Shown: positions 52,474-64,000 of the stretch, one piece after another
Layout: each line of letters begins with the position of its first letter
Position numbering within the stretch: the stretch's first letter is position 1
Assembly: GCA_951406725.2 (NCBI GenBank)
Contig: OX597815.1
Location: 45,384,001-45,448,000, forward strand
Source: Octopus vulgaris
Lineage: Eukaryota
DNA length: 64,000 bases
Reading direction: 5' to 3'
Program-made: the position numbers and the translations under genes
Notes under the pieces: generated by a model
The model's database searches: none
Seen by the model: the letters and a program-made list of their open reading frames with translations, nothing else
What the model was told of the DNA's origin: nothing

Positions 52474-52838
52474 CAAATGGTGCTGGATCATAGATATAGC
52501 AAGCCCAGCTGAAAACAAGGTATGCAATAAGGAAGAAAGAAAAGTTGAGAGATATGACACGCTGGCTTGCGAGATTAAGCAGTTGTGGTCGATGAAAAAG
52601 GTGGTAGTAGTACCAATAATTGTCGGAGCCCTGGGAACAGTGAGTAAAAATCTTGAGAAGTGCATGGAACAAATAGGGGCTGCAATAAGAATGGAGCACT
52701 TGTAGAAAATAGCACTGCTTGTAACCGCTCGAATACTCCGGATAGTGCTCGAAAAATAAGGGGTGTTACCTTAGTTCACTGGTAGTGAACAGCTGGCAGC
52801 GTAGTACATCTCCAATGTTAGAAACTGTGCAAAGACAA
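52474..52838 (+). mobile_element. R4/Dong non-LTR retrotransposon 3' end (restriction-like endonuclease tail and 3' UTR)
   Basis: WIIDIASPAENKV..KVERYDTLACEIKQLW..VVPIIVGALG..KIALLVTARILR; followed by (TAC)n(TAA)n. Confidence 0.85.
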
Positions 52839-52839
52839 T

Positions 52840-53371
<532 letters not shown>

Positions 53372-54249
53372 AAGAAGAAGAAGAAGAAGAAGAAGAAGAA
53401 GAATGGTTTAAAAATTTTGACACAAGGCCAGCAATTTCGGAGGAGTGGGTAAGTCGATTACACCGACTTAATTGCGATAGAATCTGGTTCTTTACGACGG
53501 TAAAAATACATATTAATTAGCTGAACTTATTTGGGTCTCAGCAATTTCTATACTCATTAAGTTGTCAACCATTCACTCAATTTTGTTCATCCAAACGGTG
53601 ATAGCATCCACACACATAGAAAAGCGATGGATAATCACCAAGGAGGAATTTAAGCGACAATGTCGAACTGTTGATGATTTATGCATATTATATCTTTATG
53701 AACATGAGCAGCGCAACAAATTTAGAGATCGCGAAAAACTATTTACGAATCTCATTTCATGCTTCAATGACTGTAGTATTTTCTTGTAAATGAGATTATT
53801 TTCATCTTATATAGGTACAGTTTTCGTGTTATATTGAATATATGTACATTCTGTACACTGGTTGTCTCAGACACACTGTTTATCAATCTGGAATTATGGG
53901 ATGTCACTGCCATCCCTTCTGCTTCCTATCACAAATTTACTTTCATTTTTTTTAAGGACAATTTACTTTCACTTTTTAACAACGTAATATACACATACGC
54001 ACAACACACCTTTCACTTTGATGGCTACCTGATGTAGCAAATATGACTTTGCTAAGGGAGATAGCGCCTTGAAATAATCACGCTTACAGTGACCTACCGT
54101 TAATTCTGCTAGTGTATTTAAGACATTGTCTCTCCATCACCATTTGGTTATAGGTTCGATCTCATTTCAAGATATCTCAATCATGTATATTCTACTGTGT
54201 CGATATTTTATGGATAGGATTTTGTTGAGAGAACCTGTATGAATGTTAA

Positions 54250-55775
54250 TTATTCAGTTTTATTTCTAGATTTTTTTGCCAATAGAGTAAGAGCCAGTTT
54301 CTAAGCTTGATTCAAAGTACCGTCATTGGAATTTTAAACAACATCATACATCAACAGTGATATTTGTGTATGTTTGTGTATATATGTGCAACCTTTGGAG
54401 TCAATACATGTGCAAATTTGTATGTTTTGTTTTATGTATGTATTCTCATGCATAAAGTTGCATGTCTAGACATTCGCATATATACTTAAATGCTAAACTT
54501 CTGGAAAATTTTACATATTTTTGCCAGTTCCATTAATGGCTTTAATCCATATTTTAATTAGCTTTCTTCTTTCTGGTTTTGAGAAGCCTAATTTCTCAAG
54601 ACTGGTGCGTAGGCAGTTTGTTACATATCCCAGTTCCCTAATAATTACAGGTATAAACCTGAGCTTGTAATCTGTAAATTTCTCGATTGTTCAGCGTAGG
54701 TGTTTTCTTTCTGTCTGTTATATTGACATCCGCTGTCCCAAATCACTGTCTGGTCTATTATGCTCACATTTTATTGAAGCTTTCACTGGGACATCGCACC
54801 TGTGCTCTTTCATATTATGAGTGGGTATGACCTCTGCAAAACTGCTCGTTCTTATCTCTTTGGCGTTAGTATTATCCTTCTGACGGGTTTCATTGCATAG
54901 TGTCTTGGCTACATCTGGTCTCATCGGCAGATAATAACGTGATAACATTTTTGGACAACTGCTTATAGTGCTAGTCATATATTCACTACACAAAGTCTGC
55001 ACAAAGGTTTTTCCTGCAGCTCTGCCCCTTTTATGCTTTATGTATTTGATAGCTCTTTTCTGTTCCTGGATTGAAAATACATATTCTTCAAAGTAAGAGT
55101 TAATAATCCGGTTGTTTGTCCGTGATAGACTGCTTTAATTATCAATGTTACTGTCAACCTGGAGCTTTCTGTTAACATATCTATGCATCTGATGACACGT
55201 TAGCGTAGAGTCTTCTTTGGGCATGTATTCTAGGTTAAAAGACAAAGAGTGTTGCTCGAGAAACTGCTCACCAACTCTCATGATGTTATCTGCCTCATGT
55301 ATGTAAACTTGGTCAAGGGATACACCTCGAGACTTGATAGTTAAATGAAGTTGCCGAAGAGATATGATTTGACATTCGTAGGCAGACTGGATCGATGTTA
55401 ATCCTCTGTGTCTTTGTTTTCGTTTTTTGGTAGGTGTGGTCCAGTTGCTGTTGATGTGAAAATTAATTGTGCTGGTCAGTATCTTCCGGGTTTTCACATC
55501 AGTGACTCGGATCTGACCAAGTACCAAATCAAATAGCCCAAATGTTGGTATGAGTACTGGTAATGCAAACACATTGTGGGCCACTGTTTTATTGAATGCA
55601 GAATGTTCAGAGGTTCAGATTTTCTTTATCCAGCTGTAATATTCATTAGTGACACGTGCCTTTTTTTTATCTATCCCTAAGTACCTGTACCATTCCTCGT
55701 CAGATAAAGGAGAAACAGTTAAGCCATTGATGGAGATGCTGCTAGTGTAGTTAACAGTTTTCCTTCGTTGCTATG
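54250..55775 (-). mobile_element. R4-clade (RLE) non-LTR retrotransposon relic, copy 1
   Basis: YRYLG..FALPVLIPTFG..DVKTRKILT..RGL..IQEQ..ISSCPKM..HNRPD..FIPVIIRELG with frameshifts. Confidence 0.85.
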
Positions 55776-55914
55776 TGACCATGTGACCATACTCCAGCCC
55801 TATACCCCTTGAGAATGCTGTAACATTTGAGAATGTATGTATGTATGTATGTATGTATGTATGTATGTATGTATGTATGTATGTATGTATGTGTTGAGCA
55901 TGCGCGCGTATGTA

Positions 55915-57194
55915 CGAGGGGTGTTCAATAAGTAATGCCCCTGGCCCACTTCCCATAGCAGTAGAGCAACGAAACTTGGCACAGTTATTAGTCTTTTTCT
56001 ACATAGGAACCACCCAGAGTTACGCATTTCTCCCATCGTTTGATGCAGCTCTGAAGACCGTTTTTGTAGAAGACCCTATCTTGGTCCTCCAACCACGACG
56101 TGACTTCAGATATCAAGGCTGCATCATTTGGGAAATGCTTTCCTTTCAAAAATAACTTCATGGCTGGGAAGAGGTGAAAATCAGAGGGTGCAAGGTCAGG
56201 AGAGTAGGGGGAATGGGGGATGAGTTCATAGCCGCACGCCTGTGCTTCTGATCTGGCGACACACGAGTTGTGGATCGGAGCGTTGTCCTGTAGGAGGAGG
56301 ATGCCTTTGCTGATCTTGCCCCGCCTCTTGATTTTGATAGCTTCTCTTAATTTCCTCAAAAGTGAAGCATAATAGACTCCTGTAATTGTGGCACCCTTTG
56401 CCAGGAAATCTGTCATCACTACTCCGTCCTGGTCCCAGAAGACTGTGAGCCTGACCTTGTCAGCGGAGGGCTGCACCCTTGCCTTCTTTGGAGGAGGTGA
56501 GTCACGGTGCTTCCACTGCATTGACTGGGCTTTGGACTCTGGATCATAGTGATGGAGCCAGGTTTCATCCTGTGTAATCAGTCTTTTGAAAAATTTTGAC
56601 TCATCTTCTTGGCACATCTCCAAATTCATCCTCGAGCAATCGACGCGTTCTTGCTTCTGGAAAGGTGTGAGCAACCTGGGAATCCATCTGGCAGACACCT
56701 TTTTCATATGCAAATGGTCATGAATGATAGTTTCCACAGACCCGGTACTAATCTTGACCTCATGGGCTATTTGGCGAATAGTTATGCATCGATCTTCCAA
56801 AATGGCAGCCTCAACTTGACGGACAGATGCCTCATCAATGGCAGAAGGGGCGACCAGATCTGGGAGCTGTTTCCACAGAGTTCCGACCATGTTTGAATTC
56901 ACGATGCCAGCGTTTTACAAGGTCATATGATGGGGCATCATCAGCATAAGTTACTTTCATTTCATCAAAAGTCTCCCGTGGTGTGCGTCCTTTCAAATAC
57001 AAAAACCGGATCACTGCTCGACACTCAACAGGCTCCATTTCACACTTGACTCAGTTCAAACACCTGTAAATCAGAAACCAGAGCTGTAATTTGCCACTTA
57101 ATCTATAGAGATATTAATAATTGCACATGCAAAATTTCAGCTAGATCAAACATCTGCAAGTGGGTCAGAGGCATTACTTATTGAACGCCCCTCG
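55915..57194 (-). mobile_element. Full-length mariner (DD34D) transposon
   Basis: TIRs CGAGGGGTGTTCAATAAGTAATGCC / GGCATTACTTATTGAACGCCCCTCG, TA TSD on both sides, 1280 bp. Confidence 0.95.
55988..57038 (-). pseudogene. Mariner transposase split by a single frameshift near 56845
   Basis: HTH..PRSGRP in one frame; WIPRLL, DETW, DNA, YSPDLAPSDFHLF in the next. Confidence 0.9.
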
Positions 57195-57199
57195 TATGT

Positions 57200-58407
57200 T
57201 TGTAATAATTTTAGATTTGGTGTACATCTGGTAGTATGCCGTTTTCAAAGAGATATTTATCTGCAGGGCAACTGACCTCTGTGATGGTACATACCTTTGC
57301 AGCCCTGTCCCAAACAACAATATCCGACTTGTTATGTTTACATTTGACAGATGTTTTGATGGGAATATTCCACTAATATTCCCTGAGTTGCTGTTTATGA
57401 ATGGATTCCATAACAGAGGGATTTTATAAGTTTATTTCAGGAGTCTTTTTTTCGGATGATATTGTAAATTGTTTTAGCAACAACATCGTGCTGCATAAGG
57501 AGGAAGTACTCTGATGACATTTTAGGACAGCTGCTAATCACATGCGTAATGTCCTTCACAAAAACATAACATAGCCTACACAAGCGACTGCACATTGAGA
57601 TTACAAGAGCGTCACTGTCTCTCTAGTTCCCCAGGCACTTTGTGGTAATCTCCTGTTCCTGGATTGCAAACGCATAGCCTTCATGGTGTGATGTGATGTA
57701 ATGGTCTTGTGTCAATTCTACAGTCTTCTTCAAGCTTCAGGGCAACATATCCATGCATTTTTTTTTTTTTGTATGCTGAGTGCTCTCCATCCAGGTCTCC
57801 TCTGAGGTAGTCCTCAACTGTTTTGGGGGCTGTAAAGGAGATCATCAGGAAGAGAATGCTTCTTGAGAAGCTCACTGCCAACTCGCACAGTGTTGCTCAC
57901 TTCACTTTTCAGCATGGCATTTATATATTTATGTTTGCTGCTGTTGCTTAGGTACTGCCTGAGTGATACCATATGGCATTCGAAGGCCATCTACACTGAT
58001 CTCAGGCCTCTACCACCTTCATTTCTTCTTAGGTAGAACCTGTCAACATCACTGTTTCTGTGGAAATTACCAATTGTTGTCAGGATCTTGCGGGTTTTGA
58101 TATCTATGGGGTGGTTTTCCTCTACAGACCAATCAAGTATCCCAAATGTTGGGATCAGCACTGGTACTGCAAATGCATTGTAGGATATTCTTTTGTTGTA
58201 AGAGGAGAGTTCCGACTGCCATATTTTCTTAAGTCTGGTGTAATATTCTCGGGTCACTCTATCTTTATTCACAGCGCCTTCATGTGATACATTTTTGTCT
58301 CTGCCTAGATACTTGTAACATTCCTTGTGTGGAATAAGGAAGATAGAGAAACCGTTGATGCACAGATTTTGTGTTAGGGGGACTGACTTTCCTCGTTCTA
58401 TAGCCAA
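57200..58407 (-). mobile_element. R4-clade non-LTR retrotransposon relic, copy 2
   Basis: YKYLG..AFAVPVLIPTFG..GGRGL..FAIQEQEITTK..CRL..HVISSCPKM..NKSDIVVWD. Confidence 0.85.
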
Positions 58408-58489
58408 ATATGTATATATGTACGCCCTTCTCTTTCTCTATTTAATTTTTAAAGTAGATTTTGACCGGCCACTTACTTGGTAGCAAGGT

Positions 58490-58714
58490 TGTGAAGGAAA
58501 AGATCTTGTTTTTACCATCATCTTTAGAACGTCTTGCAGATTTTTATGGCCCCTGATAGCATGATCATTCGTATTCTCTCCCACAACATCCCAAGTTCAG
58601 CAGGTTGGTAACTATCCTGTTGCTCCTATAATAATAGGTATGAAGCTGAAAGCTTATCTTAGGTACTGGATTTGCAAACTCCTTATTAATGGTTCGCAAA
58701 TGTCCTCTTTCTCA

Positions 58715-58716
<2 letters not shown>
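58490..58716 (-). mobile_element. R4-clade 3' end fragment, copy 3
   Basis: EKEDICEPLIRSLQIQY..FIPIIIGATG..GAIKICKTF-stop. Confidence 0.7.
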
Positions 58717-58745
<29 letters not shown>

Positions 58746-58993
58746 TGTATGTATGTATGTATGTATGTATGTATGTATGTATGTATGTATGTATGCATCC
58801 ATCCATCCATGCACATATATGTGTGTATGTATACATGCATGTATGACGGTGTACGTGCGTGTGTGCTTGAGTATATGTGTGTATGTACGTACGTATGCGT
58901 ATATGTATGTATGTGTTTATGTGTATGTATGTATGTATGTATGTATGTATGTATGTATGTATGTATGTATATCCGTGTGAATATGTGTGCATT

Positions 58994-59030
<37 letters not shown>

Positions 59031-59039
59031 GAAAAAGAA

Positions 59040-59151
59040 AGTCGTTTTGCAACAACGTAGTTTTGGGCTCATATCCATTACGCAGAACCTTGGACAAGTG
59101 TCTTCTACTATAGTCCCGGGCCTTGTAAGTAAAATTTGATATACGGGAAAG

Positions 59152-59224
<73 letters not shown>

Positions 59225-59400
59225 CTTCGTGTTGGTTCCCCACTACCGCTTGACAACTAGTGTTGGTTTGTTTACGTCCTCGTGATCTAGCAGTTCGGCA
59301 AAAGAGAAAGAGTAGGGATCGATTTGTTTGACTAAAATGTTCAAGGTGATGCCCCAGCATGGACACAATCAAATACCTAATGCAGAAAAAATATAAAAGG
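59040..59400 (+). mobile_element. SINE family B, degenerate
   Basis: ACCTTGGACAAGTGTCTTCTACTATAG-(TG)n-CCGCTTGACAAC..CCCCAGCATGG. Confidence 0.75.
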
Positions 59401-59460
59401 TACGTACGCACAAACTCACAGACGTACACATAGACACACGAGCGTGCGCACGCACATACA

Positions 59461-59499
<39 letters not shown>

Positions 59500-59627
59500 G
59501 CACGCAATTTATACAACCGCCTTTCGTGACTTTTCAAAGGGAAATAACTTCACAAAGTCAACTATCCTGCAGTGATCTCCCTTAGACTAACTTCCCTTTA
59601 GAATCACTATTTAATAAACTGTGCGCC

Positions 59628-60651
59628 TAAAAAAAGTGTCACCAGAAAGGCATCCAGGAGTCATGACCATAATACAGCACGGCTCCTTTAGAGTGTAAGA
59701 AGTTTAGGGCCGAAACATTTGCCTGAGGTGAAGACCTTCTACCTTTCAGCTGTCTTGAGAGTTTCTTACCGCTAAAATAAGCCGTCCTTTTGATAATTAT
59801 TAAAAGGGAGATAACCTAAAAACAAGGGAGATAAACGCATGCTCAAGGGAGATAAATGCAAACTAATCTTTATGTAGGTTGCTTCCCTTGTCTTAGATAT
59901 TTCTTTTGTATTGAACATTATTTCCTATTAGTTATAGTTTTTTAATTCGCAAAGGTTTCTGTCGACTTGCGAGAGTTAGAACGCAAATTTAAGCCCAGCG
60001 GGTTCGAAATTTGGAGCAAAGGGACATAACTAAATTTGGTCACGAACTTTATGCATAATTTAGTAATTAAATTTGAAAAAAAAAAAAAATAATATAATTC
60101 ATTATAATGAATTTTTTTTAAGCATTTACTAATCCCCAGATTTACGAAAATTTTGCGTTCCTAAAAGAATCTTGTCGTTATATGGCTTTTCATGACGTGA
60201 CATTTATTTTCCGCTAAGTTCCATTTCACGTGAACGTCATTGGAAAGTACATTTAACGTTATGGAATTCTACGTTACGACAGGATTTTCAAGACCGTAAC
60301 GCTTCCGTCACGCTGGAGATGCTTGTGTACTAAAAATACTTTCTTAAACAACAGTTTAAAACATCGTAAATATAACATCTTAACAACATATGAAGTTAAG
60401 ATGTTATATTGTTGTTATGTTCTTCAGCAAAGAATAGAACGCCGTAAATAGTGAATCTTATTCATAACTGACCAGATAAGTTGAACAGACTTGGATGTGC
60501 TTATTTTAGCGGTAAGAAACTCTCGAGAGAGCTGAAAGGCAGAAGGTCTTCACCTCAGGCAAATGTTTCGTCCCTTAACTTCTTACACTCTAAAAGGGCT
60601 GGGCTGTATCATGATCATGATTCATGGATGCCCTTCTGGTGACACTTTTTA
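59628..60651. mobile_element. Non-autonomous DNA element with ~155-bp terminal inverted repeats
   Basis: 59628-59782 is the diverged reverse complement of 60499-60651; GCC on both flanks is a possible 3-bp TSD. Confidence 0.75.
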
Positions 60652-60659
60652 GCCACTTG

Positions 60660-61480
60660 GATACCAGACACTTTGTGCATTTAAATCGCCAGGAGATTTC
60701 ATCTAGTTGGAACACCTCTCCATTGAATCAGCTTTCAAACTTATACTTAAAAAAGAAATAACGTTGGTTGTCATAGTAGAGGTGAAACATAAACGCTTTC
60801 ACAATGAATCTCCCAGAGTTACTTCCCTTAGACTTTAAACGCTGTGGTAGTCGTTTTTTTGTTTTTCTCGATTAGAGCTAACTGGAACACCTCTGCTGTC
60901 TCCTTTGGGGCTTTGATCCTGTTCTTTTGGCGAACCTGGACCTGGAAGTTGGCTTTCCTCAGGCTAACCTGAATTTATGTATTTTTCTATTTTGAATACG
61001 TGAGCTTCTATTTTACTTTTCAGATGGCACGCTGAATTCAATCAAAATCATTTGTTTTGATGTGCTAGAATGGAGTACAATAACCGGCCACAAGCCATTC
61101 TTATAATAGCTTATTGTTTTCTTGATCCTGGGAAGTCTGCTGAGCACTCTCAACTATCCTTACAACCAGGAGACTCAATTCCTATGCCCTATATACCATA
61201 GCTGTTCCTGGCCGTGATTTGCTCCCTCCTGTCGTGTAAAATGTTATTGGAGATTCTGATGCTATGGATTTTACTCTTGCCGTACATGTCATGTGTACGA
61301 TCTTCACGTGCATCTTCCTTGGATTAATACTATTCTGCAGCAGCTCAGAACATGTTGTCTACCCCTGTAGAGTGAGCACTCAGGATTATCTTATGGGCCC
61401 TGCCACTTCACTAGGTTCGTATTCGAAGGCAAGAGATCATAGACATATCTGTGGATAAAACATATTGTATGAGACATCAT
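60660..61480 (-). mobile_element. Degenerate LINE apurinic-endonuclease region (RTE-like)
   Basis: Minus-strand GDLNAQ motif at ~60675-60692; heavily broken frames. Confidence 0.35.
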
Positions 61481-61899
61481 ATGGCACAGGTCGTCTTATC
61501 TGAGACACTTCTGGAGTGCACCTTTCGCATGTTGTCTACTGTCACTGTTGGCTCTGATACACTGCCTTCTGGATTCTTATAGCTTCCTCTACCATGTTCA
61601 CCTCTTGTAAAATCAGATCTCTCTTCACCTTTCCCCTCTCTTCAAAATGCAGGCATAAGACTAATTCTCAGACAGATTCAAGGAAGACCTTGAAGAGAGA
61701 GGGTATTATGTTGATAAGGTCTTGAATAGCAACAAAAGGACTTTAACCAACACATTAATCAAATGCTGGATTACTTAGCTGGCTAGACATTTAACCAATT
61801 GACTCACAATAAAGAAGTGATATTGGAGCAAGGCATGAGAATTTTTATATATTGGCTTAATGACCCTCTCATGACAACATATATATATATATATATATA

Positions 61900-63100
61900 C
61901 TGGGATTGGACAAAATAATGGAGACACCTAGCATCATAACTTTAAGATATCTATAAAACCATCAAAAGCTTGTTTATTTTTGTTTTTGATTTATTATTAG
62001 TGTTGCTTAATATGTTTTGCTAAAATTGCTGTTTCTTTTCGGATATCATCAGAAAAAGGTAATTAAAATTCATTAAAATGACATCTATGGGACTTTCAAA
62101 GAGGTCAAATTGCTGGTACTTGTATGGCAGGCACTAGCATAATGAAAACAGCCGAAATGTTTGGTGTATCAAGAAGTACTGTCTCAAAAGTAATGATAGC
62201 CTTTGAGAAAGAGGGAAAAATCTCATCAAAACAAAACCAAAACTGTCAGACTCTTACATGAATTGTTAGAAAGGCTCCCAAAATTACTGCAGAGTGTAAT
62301 GACCACCTCGAGAACCCAGTTTCTACAAAAACTGCACAAAGCTGGATTTCATGGGAGGGCTGCAATCAGAAAAACAACTACTTTCAAAAACAAATATTGT
62401 GAAGCATTTAGAGTGAAGAGAACACCTACAGAATTGGTCCCTAGAGCAGTAGAAGTATGTTATTTTCTTGGACAAGTCATCCATTACCTTATTTCCAACC
62501 ACCAACCAAGTATACGTGTGGAGACAGCCAAAAGAAGCATTTAACCCAGGCTGCCTTTTCCAACTGTTAAACATGGAGGAGTATCTGTGATAATCTGGAG
62601 GACTATATCTTGGAAATTTGCCAGTCCAATGGTTTCCCTTCATGGCAGAATTAATAGTCAAGACTATTTAAGCATTTTATCTGATCAAATTTATCCTATG
62701 GTTGCCGAACTGTTTCCAGAGGGAAACACAATCTTTTAGGATGATAATGCACCAATTCACACAGCTAAAGTTGTTACTGAATGACACGAGGAACATTCTA
62801 GTGAAATTGAACATATTATCTGGCCACCACAGTCTCCAGATCTCAATATTATTGAACATTTATGGTGCATTTTAGAAAAACAAGCAAGCAGTCGATATCC
62901 TCCACTGTCATCACTACAAGAACTGGAAACTGTTTTAGCTGAAGAATGGACAAAAATTCCTTTGGAAACAATTCAGACTTTGTACGAGTCCATACCTCAT
63001 AGAATCCAAGCTGTAATTACTGCCAAAGGTGGTCCTACCCCATATTAAAATAAATTTGTTTGAAATTTTAAGGTGTTTCCATTATTTTGTCCAACCCCTG
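61900..63100 (+). mobile_element. Tc1 (DD34E) transposon with complete ends and disrupted transposase
   Basis: TIRs CTGGGATTGGACAAAATAATGG / CCATTATTTTGTCCAACCCCTG, TA flanks; DFQRGQI, TVKHGG, DDNAPIH, WPPQSPDLNIIEHLW. Confidence 0.9.
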
Positions 63101-63357
63101 TATATATAAACAGCTAGGTGCAATATAAAACCATAAAGACAAAATTTACTCATCACTAATTTTGAATGAGGGTGCTGAAGCACCTATATTCCAAATAATA
63201 AGAGTTAAAAACTCTTGATGCTGTATATATAATGCAGTGTATATTGTGCCCTTCATACAGCACTGAGTCTTTAGCTCTTATTTCTTGCAATATAGGTGCT
63301 TGGACAACCTCAATCACAATTAGTGACGGTCTATATATAAATGTGTGTCTGTGTTTG

Positions 63358-63552
63358 TGACCTCCTTCAGTCATGAATGACCATGGGATTGCACCTAGAA
63401 AGTTACCGTCCGAGGCACAAGTCTAGGCAAGGTTGTTTATGGAAGACCAGCAGTCACCCAAGCATACCAGCATCCCCTCTCCATGCCACCAATGTTATTC
63501 AAGGGAAAGACAAAAGGGCCGATACAGCTTGGCACGAGTGACATCACAGCTC
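63358..63552 (-). mobile_element. SINE 3' part with LINE-derived tail; inverted relative at ~32980-33078
   Basis: GTCATGAATGACCATGGGATTGCACCTAGAAA vs TTTCTAGGTGCAATGCCATGGTCATCCATGAC; links to the family C variant sequence GATACAGCTTGGCAC. Confidence 0.6.
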
Positions 63553-63866
63553 ATTTATTAACGTACAAGTGGCTGAGCACTCCACAGACATGTGTACTTT
63601 TAATATAGTTCTTGGGGAGATTCAGCATGACACAGAGTGTGACAAGGCTGGCCCTTTGAAATACAGGTACAACAGAAACAGTTAGAAAGAGTGAGAGAAA
63701 GTTGTGGTGAAAGAGTATAACAGGGGTCCCCCCCCCTCCTGCCGGAGCCTCGTGGAGCTTTAGGCGTTTTCGCTCAATAAACACTCAATGCCCGGTCTGG
63801 GAATCAAAACCATGATCCTACAACCGCGAGTCCACTGCCCTAACCACTAGGTCATTGTGCCTCCAT
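63553..63866 (-). mobile_element. tRNA-derived SINE related to family C
   Basis: Head GGAGGCACAATGACCTAGTGGTTAGGGC..GATTCCCAGACCGG; tail shared with 19098-19293. Confidence 0.8.
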
Positions 63867-63899
63867 GTGTGTCTGTGTGTATATATATATATATATATA

Positions 63900-64000
63900 T
63901 AGGCACAGGGATGGCTGTATGGTAAGAAGCTTGCTTCCCAACAATATGGCATCTTGCATGCCACCTTGGAAAATGTCTTCTACAATAGCCTCAACCAAAG
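63900..64000 (+). mobile_element. SINE family B 5' part, cut by the window end
   Basis: GGCACAGGGATGGCTGTATGGTAAGAAGCTTGCTTCCCAAC..CACCTTGGAAAATGTCTTCTAC. Confidence 0.75.

Noticed and set aside
56609-56896. 95-aa + strand ORF
   Set aside because: Antisense shadow of the mariner transposase

Overview
This is AT-rich, repeat-saturated animal genomic DNA. The three tRNA-derived SINE families and the extreme microsatellite load are characteristic of an Octopus genome (my inference from the repeat families). Only one host coding region is credible: an uninterrupted 551-aa ORF at 48844-50499 (+) of unknown function. Nearly every other ORF in the track is a microsatellite artefact or transposon debris. 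Mobile elements include a nearly intact mariner, Tc1, DD37D/maT and Merlin (ISXO2-like) relics, Helitron/Helentron non-autonomous elements, hAT and pogo MITEs, R4/Dong, RTE and Penelope-like fragments, and many SINEs. The main result is a set of short non-coding elements carrying minimal type-I hammerhead ribozymes of the Penelope/retrozyme kind (4891-4936 +, 12810-12848 -, 27694-27785 -, 28420-28546 -, plus degenerate copies). One is fused to a tRNA-derived Pol III head with a perfect inverted duplication. Two share the same palindromic helix III on the same strand about 0.65 kb apart. Also notable are a (TAA)n-targeted ~550-bp element fused to a Dong 3' end and paired RFX X-boxes. Coordinates of degenerate repeats are approximate.
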